Position numbers and translations under genes: made by a program. 64,000 bases of DNA from positions 71,302,001-71,366,000 of the forward strand of contig NC_045697.1 in assembly GCF_009834535.1 (NCBI RefSeq). The letters run 5' to 3'. Below are positions 37,791-49,835 of this stretch, one piece after another. Position 1 is the stretch's first letter, and each line of letters opens with the position of its first letter. The stretch is from Camelus ferus. Lineage: Eukaryota. The notes beneath the pieces are model-generated. The model saw only the letters and a list, made by a program, of their open reading frames with translations, did no database searches and was not told the origin of the DNA.

Positions 37791-39434
37791 GGCGAGAATA
37801 GGAGATACACAGCAGTCACTTGTCCATAGCAATTCTCAAATCCCATTAGGCATATATGGTAACAGTTTATTTTTCTCTTATTAAAAGGTCATTGTGAAAT
37901 GAAATAATAGCCTTCCTTCATATTAAGGCTTAGCCTTTTGGAACTTGGGGCTTCTAACATTGCTGCAACAGAGGAAGAGAGAAATAAAGGAGGCACTCAC
38001 TCCAGTAAGCATTTGGTAGACATTTACTTTTCTATCTGATACAAAATAGTTTTGTGCCATTCTTTCTGCATACAGAAAAATACTCAACCCTTCTCTGTGG
38101 GATTCAGTCCAAATACCTCATCTTGTCAATGCATGTAGCTCAGAGTTCAGGGTTGCTAGATGATTTACAGTAGTCACTGCATCAGGTCCAGATTATCTCC
38201 TCTGTGTCTGGAGATCTAAAAAGGAAAAGAATTAATCTCCTTCCATACCTCCACACAATCCACAGGCACAGGATACTGGCAATAAACATTTCCTGTAGTC
38301 AGCTCTTCCAGATCTTGAGTTTTGACATGTCACCTGGGGAGGGTTTCTCTGTTGGTTACTGTAAGGATGACTGTCTTACTTCCACAATGTAAGGATATTG
38401 TTTCTTGGAACTATTCTAAGCACTTAGACTTATTTTCCATACTGCTCTCCCCAAATAATATATTAGTAAAGATAATCTATTTTTGGTTAATGAAATAGAG
38501 TGATGTGGGGTCATAATCTCTTAACAAAAAATTTTAAAATCCAGAATTTCAAAAACAAAGCAAAACCAAACCCTAAATTCTTTGATGTTTAGTGATAAGT
38601 TACCTTGAACTGAAATGAAGATGTTTATACTCCTTATTTATTTCATTTTATGTGAATATTCATATATTTCACTGCAGCTGTATAAATGTGTTTGACTAGG
38701 GGCTACTGCTTCACATACCCACTGGGAATGCCTTCTCCTATATGCTCTGTGCCCTTAAAATTGGAAAACTTTTACAACACATGCAAAACACTTGTTGCTC
38801 TAAGAATTTAAGATAAGGGATTATGGATCTGTACTTACCTTTTTTGCTATTAGTTTTTTGACCTGCTAAGTGTTTGACAATGAGAAAAAATATTTACATG
38901 CTAAACAATGCTGTAAAAGTTTCAATGTTGATTTAACTTTTCAATCTAAAAACTTTAGATACTTGCATTTTTTACCAAGTTATTATTGAGAACCATGACC
39001 ATTGTGTTACACAGTGTTCTCTCTTTGAATAAGAAATATTTATTTCTGGTGTTTAAACAGGAAAAGCTGTTACTCCTGAAGACTCAGCCTTGTGCACATT
39101 TCCTTGTTCATTGCTAGAAATTTATAGCCATATTTGGTCCCAGGTATATGGTGTGTAATTTTTTTCTACTATTCTCATTTCTGACTTCATGTTGAAATTC
39201 TTTATTCTTTTGATTCTATTTTCTCCTTTGAATTTACTTTGTCTTTCTTTTGTGTGTTTTCTATTCCCTTACCTCAATTATAGAGACAGAGTAAACAAAT
39301 GCAATAAATAGATAAAAATTTCATGAAATATTAAGAATAATGTTAAACAGGGCTAAATTCCTGTAGAAAGGTATTCTCTGGTATGTGCATATGTGTGTGC
39401 TTTGACAACCTCATAATATATTATTCTGTCATTA

Positions 39435-39523
39435 CCCACATTTTGTGAATAGTCCTTTTATAACCATTCTTAAATTATAGTTTTTTGTGCCAGCTGTTTT
39501 CTACCAGGACCCTGACTGATAAA
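39435..39523 (+). mobile_element. LTR33-like 3' end
   Basis: tttgtgaatagtcctttta...tgtgccagctgttttctaccaggaccctgactgata. Confidence 0.65.
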
Positions 39524-40490
39524 ATAATTGGTACCAGAAGCAGTCCCAGAAAATAAACTGTCAAAATGGTATCAGAGGTTGGGTTGCCCATAAAAATCAT
39601 GAAGTGCAGAGATAACTTTCTTGCAGGGGGAAAATGAGTCACAGGTAAATCTATGACATGCAGTGGTGTCACAGTTACTCAGACTGTCACTGTTACTCAA
39701 ACCCACGGTAGTGCCTGAGGAAGGCATGAAATTAGGACAGTGCTTGTGAAATTTTAATGTACATACGAACCACTGCAATTTCTTGTTAAAATCTTTTGCT
39801 GATACAATAAGCCTGTGATGGTGTATAAGAGACTGCATTTCTAACAAGCTCCCAGGTGATGCTGATACAACTGACTGATACCACCAATTAACTAGCAAGA
39901 ATTAGGAGATTGGGTCGCTGGAGCACTCAGCTTCTGTGGCGACAATAATAATGAAAAGATTAAGTCAGCTGGCTCCTTATGTCTCTAGAGATGTAAGTAG
40001 GTAAGTGGAGATGTTGAGAGCTATGAATATACATTTGAGAAGAAATGTGGAGGTTATCACATCTCATTGCAGGTCTGAAGTTGTCAGTCATCTGCTGTAG
40101 GTGCAGGGAAGACACGGCTCTGGATCATGCCCACGGTCTAGCTGACAGTAAGGATTACAGAATGGCAGGGACAATTAAATGCTAAGTTTTTAGAAAGGTA
40201 AAGTAGAGGTGCCAGTGAGAAAGAAAGAGGCCTCAGAGATGGGAACCCTTCAGCAGACATGGGAAAGGATGAGAACTTGGAACCTTCCAGTTCTTCTGGA
40301 ACCTTCAAATTTCTCATTGACAGAGGCAAGGCATCTTTTGTCATCTGATGGAACCAGCCTTCCTCAACACATGAACTTTCCAGTCACTCTCTTTGGGAAA
40401 CTCTTCTCTCAGGGTGATGGCAGTTCTCTCCCTGGCTCAGGTTCATCTACTCTCATTGCTGCCAGGACAAGTCTAAGAGTTGGATTCTAA
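39524..40490 (+). mobile_element. ERVL-class internal 5' region beginning with a PBS-like sequence
   Basis: TGGTACCAGAAG (39529-39540) lies just after the LTR end; downstream extent uncertain. Confidence 0.45.
39738..39899 (-). mobile_element. MER5A with perfect 8-bp TSD
   Basis: gactgcatttctaacaagctcccaggtgatgctgat; TSD aattagga at 39730-39737 and 39900-39907. Confidence 0.9.
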
Positions 40491-40744
40491 GATAGCCTGG
40501 AATGGAGGTATAAGGTCTTCCTTAGGAGAAGCCAAAATTTAAGAGAAAAACATTAAAAGACATCACTGATCTTTATCAGAAAGAGCCTGGGCAACATGGG
40601 TGGTAGTATGAAATCAAGGAGGTAAAAATGTAAGGCTCAAACAGGCCAAATTAATTGCCAGGAGTGTACTCACCCTGGATTTGGCCTTTCTTGCATTTTT
40701 AAATTTCCTGGGAATGGTAACTGGATTACGTTATCCAAACTAAT

Positions 40745-41010
40745 TTTCTTTCTTTCTTATGGTAAAAACCACATAATGTAAAATTTGCCATCTTCACCAT
40801 GGTTAAGTGTACCATTCAGTGGTTTTGAATATATGCACATTGTAGTGAAACAGGTCTCTAGAACTTTCTCATCTTGCAAAACTGAAACTCCATGCCTATT
40901 AAAAAACTCCTCTTTTTCCCCTCTGCCCAGCTTCTATAAATACCATCTACTTTCTGTTTCTGTAAATTTGACTACTTTATGTGATAACCTCTCATAAGGG
41001 GAATCATATA
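40745..41010 (-). mobile_element. L1MB-like 3' end
   Basis: aaatttgccatcttcaccat...aagtgtaccattcagtgg...agaactttctcatcttgcaaaactgaaactc. Confidence 0.85.
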
Positions 41011-41026
41011 GTTCAGGAACATTCTT

Positions 41027-41308
41027 GGGGAGGAGGATAATAGCTCAAGCGGTAGAATGCATGCTTAGCATGCATGAGGCCTTGGGTTCAGTCCCCAGTA
41101 CCTCCTCTAAAAATAAATAAATAAACCTAATCCCCCCTCCCCCAAAAAAACAGTCTTGCAAAAAAATAATCTAAATCAGATCAAGCCTGTGGATCTAACC
41201 ACAAATATAGAGGAACTGCAGGGGCATGATGACATGTTAATGTCACCAAAGGGATGTAATCAGCAAAACTCAGACTGTGGGAAACTAAACAAATAAAATA
41301 ATAATAAT
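41027..41308 (+). mobile_element. Camelid tRNA-derived SINE (41027-41150) plus L1MC-derived 3' extension and A-rich tail
   Basis: A and B boxes as in the 25048 copy; the whole unit is flanked by caggaacattcttgg (41014-41028) and caagaacattcttgg (41309-41323). Confidence 0.8.
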
Positions 41309-42272
41309 CAAGAACATTCTTGGCATAGCATCTGTAGAGAAAACAGTCCAAACTTCAGACACACGTATATGTTGTGGTGGATCTATATATACAGTTTGTT
41401 CAGCATCCACCTCCCTCAGACATAACCCTGTGAGACCGTGGAGAGATGTTTTGCTTTGGCCTGATGATTCAAATCATCTTCTCAATATATTTCTTGATCA
41501 TGTAACTTACCATCACACATTTCCTGAGTTTTTTCTCAACTAGCTTTTTCTTCTACTCTTGGTGGTATTATTCTTCATATATACTCTATTAGACATCTGT
41601 GTATTAAAAATGGGAAACTAACTGCTATCTTAAACAGTTTTGAGGGTGTGTATATATATATTATGTCTCCTATATATCCATATCTATATATATTCTGTAT
41701 ATCTGATCTAAAATGCTTTTTAGGACATAGTTTGTCCCTAAGTGATGGACTTCCTGTAGATTAAATTCAGTCAAAAGTCTTTGAGGGCTTGTGTTCCAAG
41801 TTAAATATTGTTGGCTTGACCTTGAAACTCAAAAGTCAAAACTCAAAGTCTCAAATGGGTATGTTTAATTAGTGGCATTTTATATACATATAAATGTATA
41901 AAATATATTACTATATTCATTATATATTTATATATATTTGTATATTTTACACATATTTATATATATTACATACATATATGTAAAACTTAATCCACACCTC
42001 AGGGAAGTCTGTGAATTTGAGTTCTGACTCCATTTGGAGGTATTTCAACTCCTGTATCTTTCTGCTCTGTTCTAGATGAATTCTTAAATTCTAGTTTAAA
42101 TACAATAACTCTGTATATGATTTCTGTGACTTCAACTATTTTCTTTTCAAGATTTCTGAAGGCTAGTTTTCAGCAATTCCATTTCAGCATCTTCAAAATA
42201 GGAAAAAAATCTCCTATTTTTATTTCAAAGATACTGCTTCCTCCTTATCTCTGAGTATTCTATGTCTCCTTA

Positions 42273-42428
42273 TAGTTGACGCTTGAACAACTATAGGGGT
42301 TAGTCCACCAGTAATCTGTGGATTTAACCAACTGTGGATTGTGTAGTATTGCAGTATTTACTATTGAAAAGTGTCCCAGTATAACTGGATGCATGCATTT
42401 CAAACTTATGTTGTTCAAGTGTCAACTG
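42273..42428. mobile_element. Tigger-derived MITE (MER8/Tigger2-like)
   Basis: Terminal inverted repeats tagttgacgcttgaacaac...gttgttcaagtgtcaactg with TA on both flanks. Confidence 0.85.
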
Positions 42429-45400
42429 TATTTTAAAAAGCCTTTTCAGGTTATTTCATTATTTTATTGGTGTGAATTCTTCTGAGGGATCTTCTGAGAG
42501 CTGCTCAAGGAGTTGGATTTCCTTGTTTATGTTGTAATTTTTTTTTTTTGAACTCTGTTGTAAACTTGCTGCTGGGACCTGCTGATCTAGGGCTTCTTGG
42601 TCAATGGAATAATATGTTCCTTTGGTTATCTGTGACCCTGTGCGCCCATTATCCACTTGATTCACGAGAGAGAAGATTGTCTTTACATTCTAAACTGGCA
42701 GAGGCTGCTTTGCAGCAGCAGACATTAAAAAAAAATTCTTTGTCTTGCAGAGATTCAAAGAGGTCTTGTCTCCCTCATTGCTTATTTATATTTATTTCTA
42801 GTAATGTCATTTAAAAAGTGATTTCATGAATAAGGTTATGTATTTTCTGAATGTAACACTTTTGTGGGTCCTCGCGTTGTGGGCTCTGCATTTCTGCACT
42901 CAAACTCTCCTTGCAGTGACTAGACATGTTTACAGCTTGGCTATTGCTAAATGATTGCCATATGATTGCGTGTGTGATACCTACTCACGATATGATAATT
43001 AGCAAGCATCACCACTTTACCTGAAATCCAGATGATAAAGCACAGTATTACACCTGGTTGAAAGCAGTTCTTAACAACGTCTCAGGTAACTATGCTGCCC
43101 ATCTAGGTTGCTGTGGTCAGGGCTGCACTAGCTCAGCCAGTCCCCTCGTCCAGGCTTTCCGCAGCCTCTCTCTGATCTGGTAGAGCCCTCAGCAAAGCAC
43201 ACTCACTCAGCATCTCATAGCCAGGCACCGGTATCCTCTACTAGAAAGGGGTATCCTTTCTTTTGCCTTATTGTGGGAAGACTTTAACACCTATTAAGAC
43301 TTTGAGCTAGAGAAGGCTTTTTCATAGAGACCCAATCCAAGTCCTCCAAAGACTGCTAGCTTCTCCCCAGAGTTTGTAAGATGAAGGTGACTAATGTAAA
43401 TGTTAGTGTCACTGTTCTGGTGCCTAGGGAACACCTGCTCATAGTGAATGATTGTTTGAGTATAAAGTTCTCACTCAACACAAAGTCTAGGAAGTGATAT
43501 TTCAAGAATGGATAAATTCTCCATGAATTTTGGCTGAGCTGGAATGTTTAAAATTTGTTCAGTGGCAAGTAGATGAGCATCATTGCAGCACCATTCTGAG
43601 AATAGAATATTCTTTTAGAGACTACTTAGATTTTGGTAATTGAATCTAGGGGCATTCTCAGGATATTAACATTTTCTCATAAAAATGGAATGATTTTGCA
43701 AGCACTGCATATTGTGTTTCAAAATAAAAATTTAAATTGAGATGGAAAGTAAATTGAATCACATTGAAATAAAATTAATCCAATAAAATAAATTTCTTCT
43801 GAAATTAACATCTTAAAAGTTAAATGCCAACTAATTATACTACATTTAAGTTCACCACAAAAAGAACATTGCCAACATTGTTGTATTATTAGGTAATTGT
43901 TGCTAGTGACAGTTCACAAATTTTACTTGCTAGACTGTTCTTTTGTACAGATTCCTCATTTGAGTTGTCAGTCTTATGCACAATAGCGTCTTTGACCCCT
44001 TTGCTTTTTCCACAGTGAATATTGAAGAAATTGAATTTTTTTGGTTCACATTTATACTCTACTACAAGTGTGAGACCATTAGGCATGAAAAGATGGGATT
44101 GTTTAAAAGAAAGTGGCAATGTTTTGATTCTTCAAGTTTCTATGCTTATCTCTTTATCTCTAGTTCACAGGCAAAAAATAAAAACAAAAACCCTTTTGAT
44201 CCCTATTGTAAGCATGTTACTATTCACACACAGAGAGTAATACAAGAGTTGTTTTCCTGATAGAGCTGGTAACTGATACATAGGGACTGGGTGAAGACTA
44301 AGTAAAATAGATTTGTTAATGATAACTTGAAAAATGAAAAAATCATTTTATATAAATGCATAAAGACAATTCAACTATATCCACTTGTTCGGAGATCTAT
44401 AAAGAAGTCTATTCTCATTTTTCTTTTTTTTTTTTTAAGTGAAAAGCGTAGAGTATTTGGCTTTGCTTATAGTTGTTTCCTGATCCTTCTTTACTCTTAT
44501 TCTGTGCCTGCTGAGAAGGGAGAATGTTCAGTAACTTCCTTTTTTTTTTTTTTTTTTTGGATTCTCATTTCCATCCCTAATTACTGGCTACTCTTTCTGT
44601 CCCAGCTGGGTTTTAGGGCAGGGTGAGCATAAAGGAGGTGAATAGGTAGCTAAAGGGGAGAAGAAAAGTTCTTATTTTGACTGTGTTCACAAAAGATGGC
44701 TCTGGGCTCTGTGATCTTAGCAGAGTTTGAAACTTAATTTTTTTTTTTTTGGCGGAGCATTTTTATGGGTCATGTGGAAGTTCTCCATTTCTGTATATCT
44801 CTTACCTGAAATACCCTCAAACTTTACTATTTTATGTGGTTGCTTATTCCCTTTGCAGCTTCATAGAGGTTTATCCAAAAAACTTCCTCCCAGATTCTTC
44901 ACATAACCTGCCTCTTTTGTCACCTCAGTGTGGCTGACAAGTCCAAGAATCACGTAACTTTTTTTTTTAAGTTTAACTGCTTGATGAGTTTGGCATTTGG
45001 TCTAACACTTCCTTTGGAAAATGACATTTATTCTACTTTGGTGCCCCAGCTTAATCATATGCTCACCATACTAAAAGTGCATTTGAAACCTATATTGAGA
45101 AAAGGATCATTTTACTATTAGCACAGCTTTGAGCCAATGGGGCCCCATAATTTCACCAAAGATCATAAGGTTTCTTTTCTATTCTACTTTGGGACCTGTC
45201 AGAATCATAGAAAAGCTATCCATCCTGTTACCTAGAGAGAGTTTAGGTCTCAGTTATGTTGACTTAATACACTGGTTCTCCCTGGAGGTGGGGGCTGGAG
45301 GGTTTACAGTGAAAAGGGGTTTAGGAGTGGCTGTTTATTCATATCTCACAAAGATATTTTATTTTCAACTATTGAGAACAAAAACATGTTCAATTTTCCA

Positions 45401-46119
45401 ATAAGGTAATAGTTAAAGTTTCCCAGTAATTAGAAAAAAATATCGATGAAAAATATATTTCCTCTAAAGTTAGACATAATTTGCTTACAATTTCTCTGTT
45501 TTTCTTAGAATCCATCCCCTAGGTTGTTTCTCCCCCTCACATTTTTTCAAGTTGTCTGAATAATTGTATTCCCAAAGGATCTTTGGTCATTCAGACTTTT
45601 GGTCTGCACTGCCTTTTGCCTCCTGAGAACAGCAGACACTGACAAAAATGCAAGCCAACTATAGCTTTTAAAACTGCCTTTTGTTTTAAAAAATGTCAAA
45701 ATGACTTTTCATTGTAAGACTAGAATGTTAACCAAAAGATATGAAACTAAAATTCCCATTGGGCTGGTATATGTTCAGTTTGCTCCCTCCTCCCCCAGCT
45801 GAATGTTGAGTAAATCTGTATGGAATCACTTATCCTTTTCTTTTTGGTTCAGGGTTATTTTATATTTATTCACCTGCTACTTTCAGTTTAAGGCATGAAA
45901 AAGATGATGTAAATCTTTGAAATAGAATCAAAAGTGTTGTTTGTGTAGTTTTTTACCAATTCTTTATGTAGAGGTACTGTTGGTCAGTTTTTCCAATTGT
46001 AGCAACAATGGATTTAGTGATGGGGAAAAAAAAAACATTTTATTGGCTTGGTCCTACTCGAAGTTCCCCGCCTGAATGTTTTAAACCTTTCTTTTACTGA
46101 AATACATTGTAGGGACTTT

Positions 46120-46190
46120 CTTCTTCCTCCTTCTCTCCCTCCCTTCCTTTCTCCCTTCCTTCCTCCCTTCCTTCCTTCCCTTCTTCCTTG
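46120..46190. repeat. CT-rich low-complexity tract
   Basis: (CCTT)-like array read directly. Confidence 0.8.
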
Positions 46191-46756
46191 TTTTCATGTA
46201 TTTAGGTTTAAAATCTAGTTTCAATACTTGGTAACAATGCCCCAGTTCCCTTACATGTGAAATTACATAATATCAATCCTAGACATAAGTATAAAATGAA
46301 GTAACATATGTGAAGGGTTTACGTGGTACGGTGCCTCAGTGTAGTTTGACAAAGTTATGTAGAAAATGAGGAGTGCCAGCAAAACAATTGGGTGTGGTCA
46401 GTCTCAATTGAGTTTTATTTTTGTAAGTGTATTATCTTTTGTTCCTTGACTGCCAGGGGAGCCTAGGCAGTGCACTAACTTTCAGCTAGGTTCCTCTTTA
46501 GTATTTCTTTTTTCATGATGGGTGGAGTTCAGCATTCTTGATGGGGACCCTGACCAACCTGCCTAGCCTGTGTGATGACTGCTCACTGAATACCCTCCTC
46601 TAGGTATTAAATTGGACAAACCATCTGGAATCATAATTGCTCCATCAGCTTGAGGGACGAATGAAGACCAATTGATGACTTCAAACACAATTTCTTTACA
46701 CCAGATATTGACTGTTTCAGATCTGATCCAAGTTTACATGTCACTTACATCATTTT

Positions 46757-46828
46757 TTTTAAACTTTTTTTTTTATTGAGTTATAGTCATTTTACAATGT
46801 TATGTCAAATTCCAGTGTAGAGCACAAT
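46757..46828 (-). mobile_element. Very short young camelid L1 3' end (L1-1_Vpa-like)
   Basis: ttttattgagttatagtcattttacaatgttatgtcaaattccagtgtagagcacaa; perfect TSD tcacttacatcatttt (46741-46756 and 46829-46844). Confidence 0.9.
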
Positions 46829-46929
46829 TCACTTACATCATTTTAAAAACAGCTTAAAATCACTAGTGTTTGAATAATAAGGAAGATCAAAAAGAATTAA
46901 CTAAAAAAACACAAATTATCTACAGCCTA

Positions 46930-47420
46930 GCTTTAACAAATGTTGATTTGGCCATATGTATTTAAAATTCTTAAAAAGACTATTATAAGTACAAGTGTAA
47001 TTCCTCCTTTCCCATCCTAACCTCTCCTTCCTTTTGTAGAGGAAACTTCTAAAGTTACTATGCATCTATTTTATCATATTTCATAATTTACCATACACTT
47101 ATACAATACTGTGCTTTTAAAATTTGCATATGTGATATGTTGACTCTACCTGTCTGAATTACACTTTTGCCATTCATTAGTCAGATTTATGTTTAAAGAT
47201 ATATTTAGGTCTAGGTTATTAATTTTACAGTATTCATACAATAGAATTCTTATCCTCTGTGTGTGTGTGTGTGTGTGTGTGTTGGACATTTGAGTTTTTT
47301 TCCAGCTTTTCTTTATTAAAAATAATGCTGGGAGGAGCATCTTCACACATGCAAGTTTCCTTGGCGTATATGTAAGAATGTATATTCTGAAGTGGAATTG
47401 CAGTGTTATAGGGCATGTAG
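46930..47420 (-). mobile_element. Old L1ME-like 3' fragment containing (TG)n at 47258-47282
   Basis: gttggacatttgag...tccagctttt...aataatgctg...gaagtggaattgc. Confidence 0.6.
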
Positions 47421-48999
47421 ACTCAGATCTCTTTCTACCCACGTTGGCTGCCATGCTTTGCTGCCATTCCAAACAAAAAGAGAAATCATGCAGGATAGGG
47501 TGTACCTGTCATGATTTACTGGGCCAGCAGCATAACATGAACCCTGTCATGGGTCATGATTTCCACAGCACATTCATTTCTAAAGTGCCCTGACATTATT
47601 AACATTTTGCATGATTAATTTACTTTGTCAGGGTTTATATGTCTTGGCTGGAAAATAATTCTACTAGATTAAAATTACTGTTACCCAGCAGGCTTTGAAA
47701 AGATAAAACATAATCTCTCATTTTTTTTTTTTTTTTGAGATTAGAAACCAGTGAATATCAGGTTGTTGTCTAAATAATGAATTTTACTAAAGTCATAAAA
47801 GCAAGTCCTAAAAATAGACCAAAAATCCACTTTATTGGGATTTTGTTATCTAGATTTAAAATCTGGTTGGTGGTAGTATTTACTGTATGTAACATGAATA
47901 AATCATAGCTATTCACTCATCCATTGGGATCTAAATGTTACTTGTTTGTTAACAGATGAAGCTTTCTCAGAATGAAAGGAGGACTTGAAAAAAGCAAAGA
48001 AAAACAAACAAAGGAAAAACCTCACACAAACGACTTGGATTTGATTATAGTAGCAATTGAGCAAGTGTGATTGAAAATGATTGATCGTGAATTAAGAAAT
48101 TAATGAGTTCCATATCCATGAATGTTTAGGGGAAGAAAAGTAGTAAAAAAATAATTATTATTTAAAAATGTTAAATTAATGAGTGAATGAATAAATAACA
48201 TATAACATCTTAGACAAATCCATGTTCGATTTTTGTTTATATCCTTTGTGGTCTCAAGCACAATACCTTGTGTGTGGAAAATGCTAAACAGCTGTTGCTG
48301 AGTGAATGAATTAATAAATGGACAAGTGATGCCTAAAGTGATGACAAGATGTGCACAGATTTATTTGCTTTCTCATTAGGCATAAAATCAGGCAATAGAA
48401 TATTAAAATAAGAAAATAATCCTAGTGTCATGTTTTAACATTAAGAATTTTTTTTGTAGTAGATGTTTTTGGTGATTCAACATTAGAGAGGATATTTATT
48501 CTGTAATATTTAAAACCCATTCCCAAAGTAGTATTTGTTCATTCATTTTCAAACTTTTAGCAAAATGCCTCTCACATTTATAGCATCATTTAAAAAATGT
48601 TCTGGAGATTTAATTATAATTCTTTTTTAAGCCTTTTTGAGCTTAACTAACACAATGACCCAGTCTCTTGGGTTTTGCTCCCACCATGTGCTAGAACATG
48701 ACAGATGTTTGGAAAGCTGTTGCTGAGCAGACTGGTCACTTCAGGGTTTGAACCACAGAAAATATGATGTTGAGACAAAATGCTGAAAAATGTGTAAACC
48801 AGGCAGTTAATATGATGAGTTATGACCAACATATTTTTGATGATATAAAATATATTTATTGGAATATGCGTGCACATAGTAAGGAAGTGTTGTTTCATGA
48901 AATTGTATAAATATGTTTTTAAATTCAGATTTGTGATTTAAAATATATTTCCTCCCATGGTTAAAATAAAAATATTTGGAATCCAGTTTCTTAAGGGAC

Positions 49000-49300
49000 A
49001 CAAAAGGGTAGGTATATTAAAAAGTAGACAAAGAGGAAAACCAGGAGAAATGTGGTATTATAAAAACTGAAGATAAAGGGCATTTTTAAAAAGAAGGGCG
49101 GGGTCAGCATCATCACTGGCTACAGTGAGATCAAGTAAGGTAAGATGAGAAAGGGCTAGTTTGATTTAGCAATTAGGGAGGCCATAGATTATTTTGTTTC
49201 ATTTCAGCAATGAGGTAGGACTTGATTAGGTTAATGAGTATTAGGGAAGTACAGTCAAGTAAATAAACATCACTTTAAAAACTTAACTGAAGGCACAAGA
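49000..49300 (-). mobile_element. L2 fragment
   Basis: gaggaaaaccaggaga...gagatcaagtaaggtaagatgaga...gatttagcaatt. Confidence 0.6.
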
Positions 49301-49329
49301 AAGAGGAAGTAGAGGCAGTTTATCAAACC

Positions 49330-49440
49330 TAAGTCTCAGTTTTCTTATCTATAAAATAGGTACAAAAATACATCAAAAAGCTAATGTGTTGCTTGGGCAC
49401 AGTGCCTGGATGACATATAGAGCTCGGTAAGTGTGAGCCA
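49330..49440 (+). mobile_element. MIR fragment
   Basis: aagtctcagttttcttatctataaaatagg...cacagtgcctgg. Confidence 0.6.
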
Positions 49441-49714
49441 CCACCAGCACCACCATCATCAATTATGGAGGTAGTTAATTTCCAAAGGTTATGTATTGTA
49501 TTAGTATCCTATCAGACACTGGTTGCACTAACTCTGTTATTCTTACCTACTACTTTAGAATTCTTGATACGAGACATAATCATTTTACGTGCATGGAAAA
49601 AGAGTAGAAGGGAGGATGTGGTACAAATTATGAGTTCATAAGAGGACCAGGACTAGACATTGTAGCCTGTCAATCCAAATTCTGTGAAAAGATCTGTAAG
49701 CCCAGATAAGGTGT

Positions 49715-49835
49715 ACTGAATATTTACTATGTGCCAATCGGTCTTCTAAGAATTTCACATTCATTAATCCTTACAGTCACCCTTTAGGATAGGTGTTCTG
49801 AATACATCCTCATTAAATGAGGCACAGAGAGATAC
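49715..49835 (-). mobile_element. MIR fragment
   Basis: tactgaatatttactatgtgcca...ttaatccttaca...tgaggcacagaga. Confidence 0.55.
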
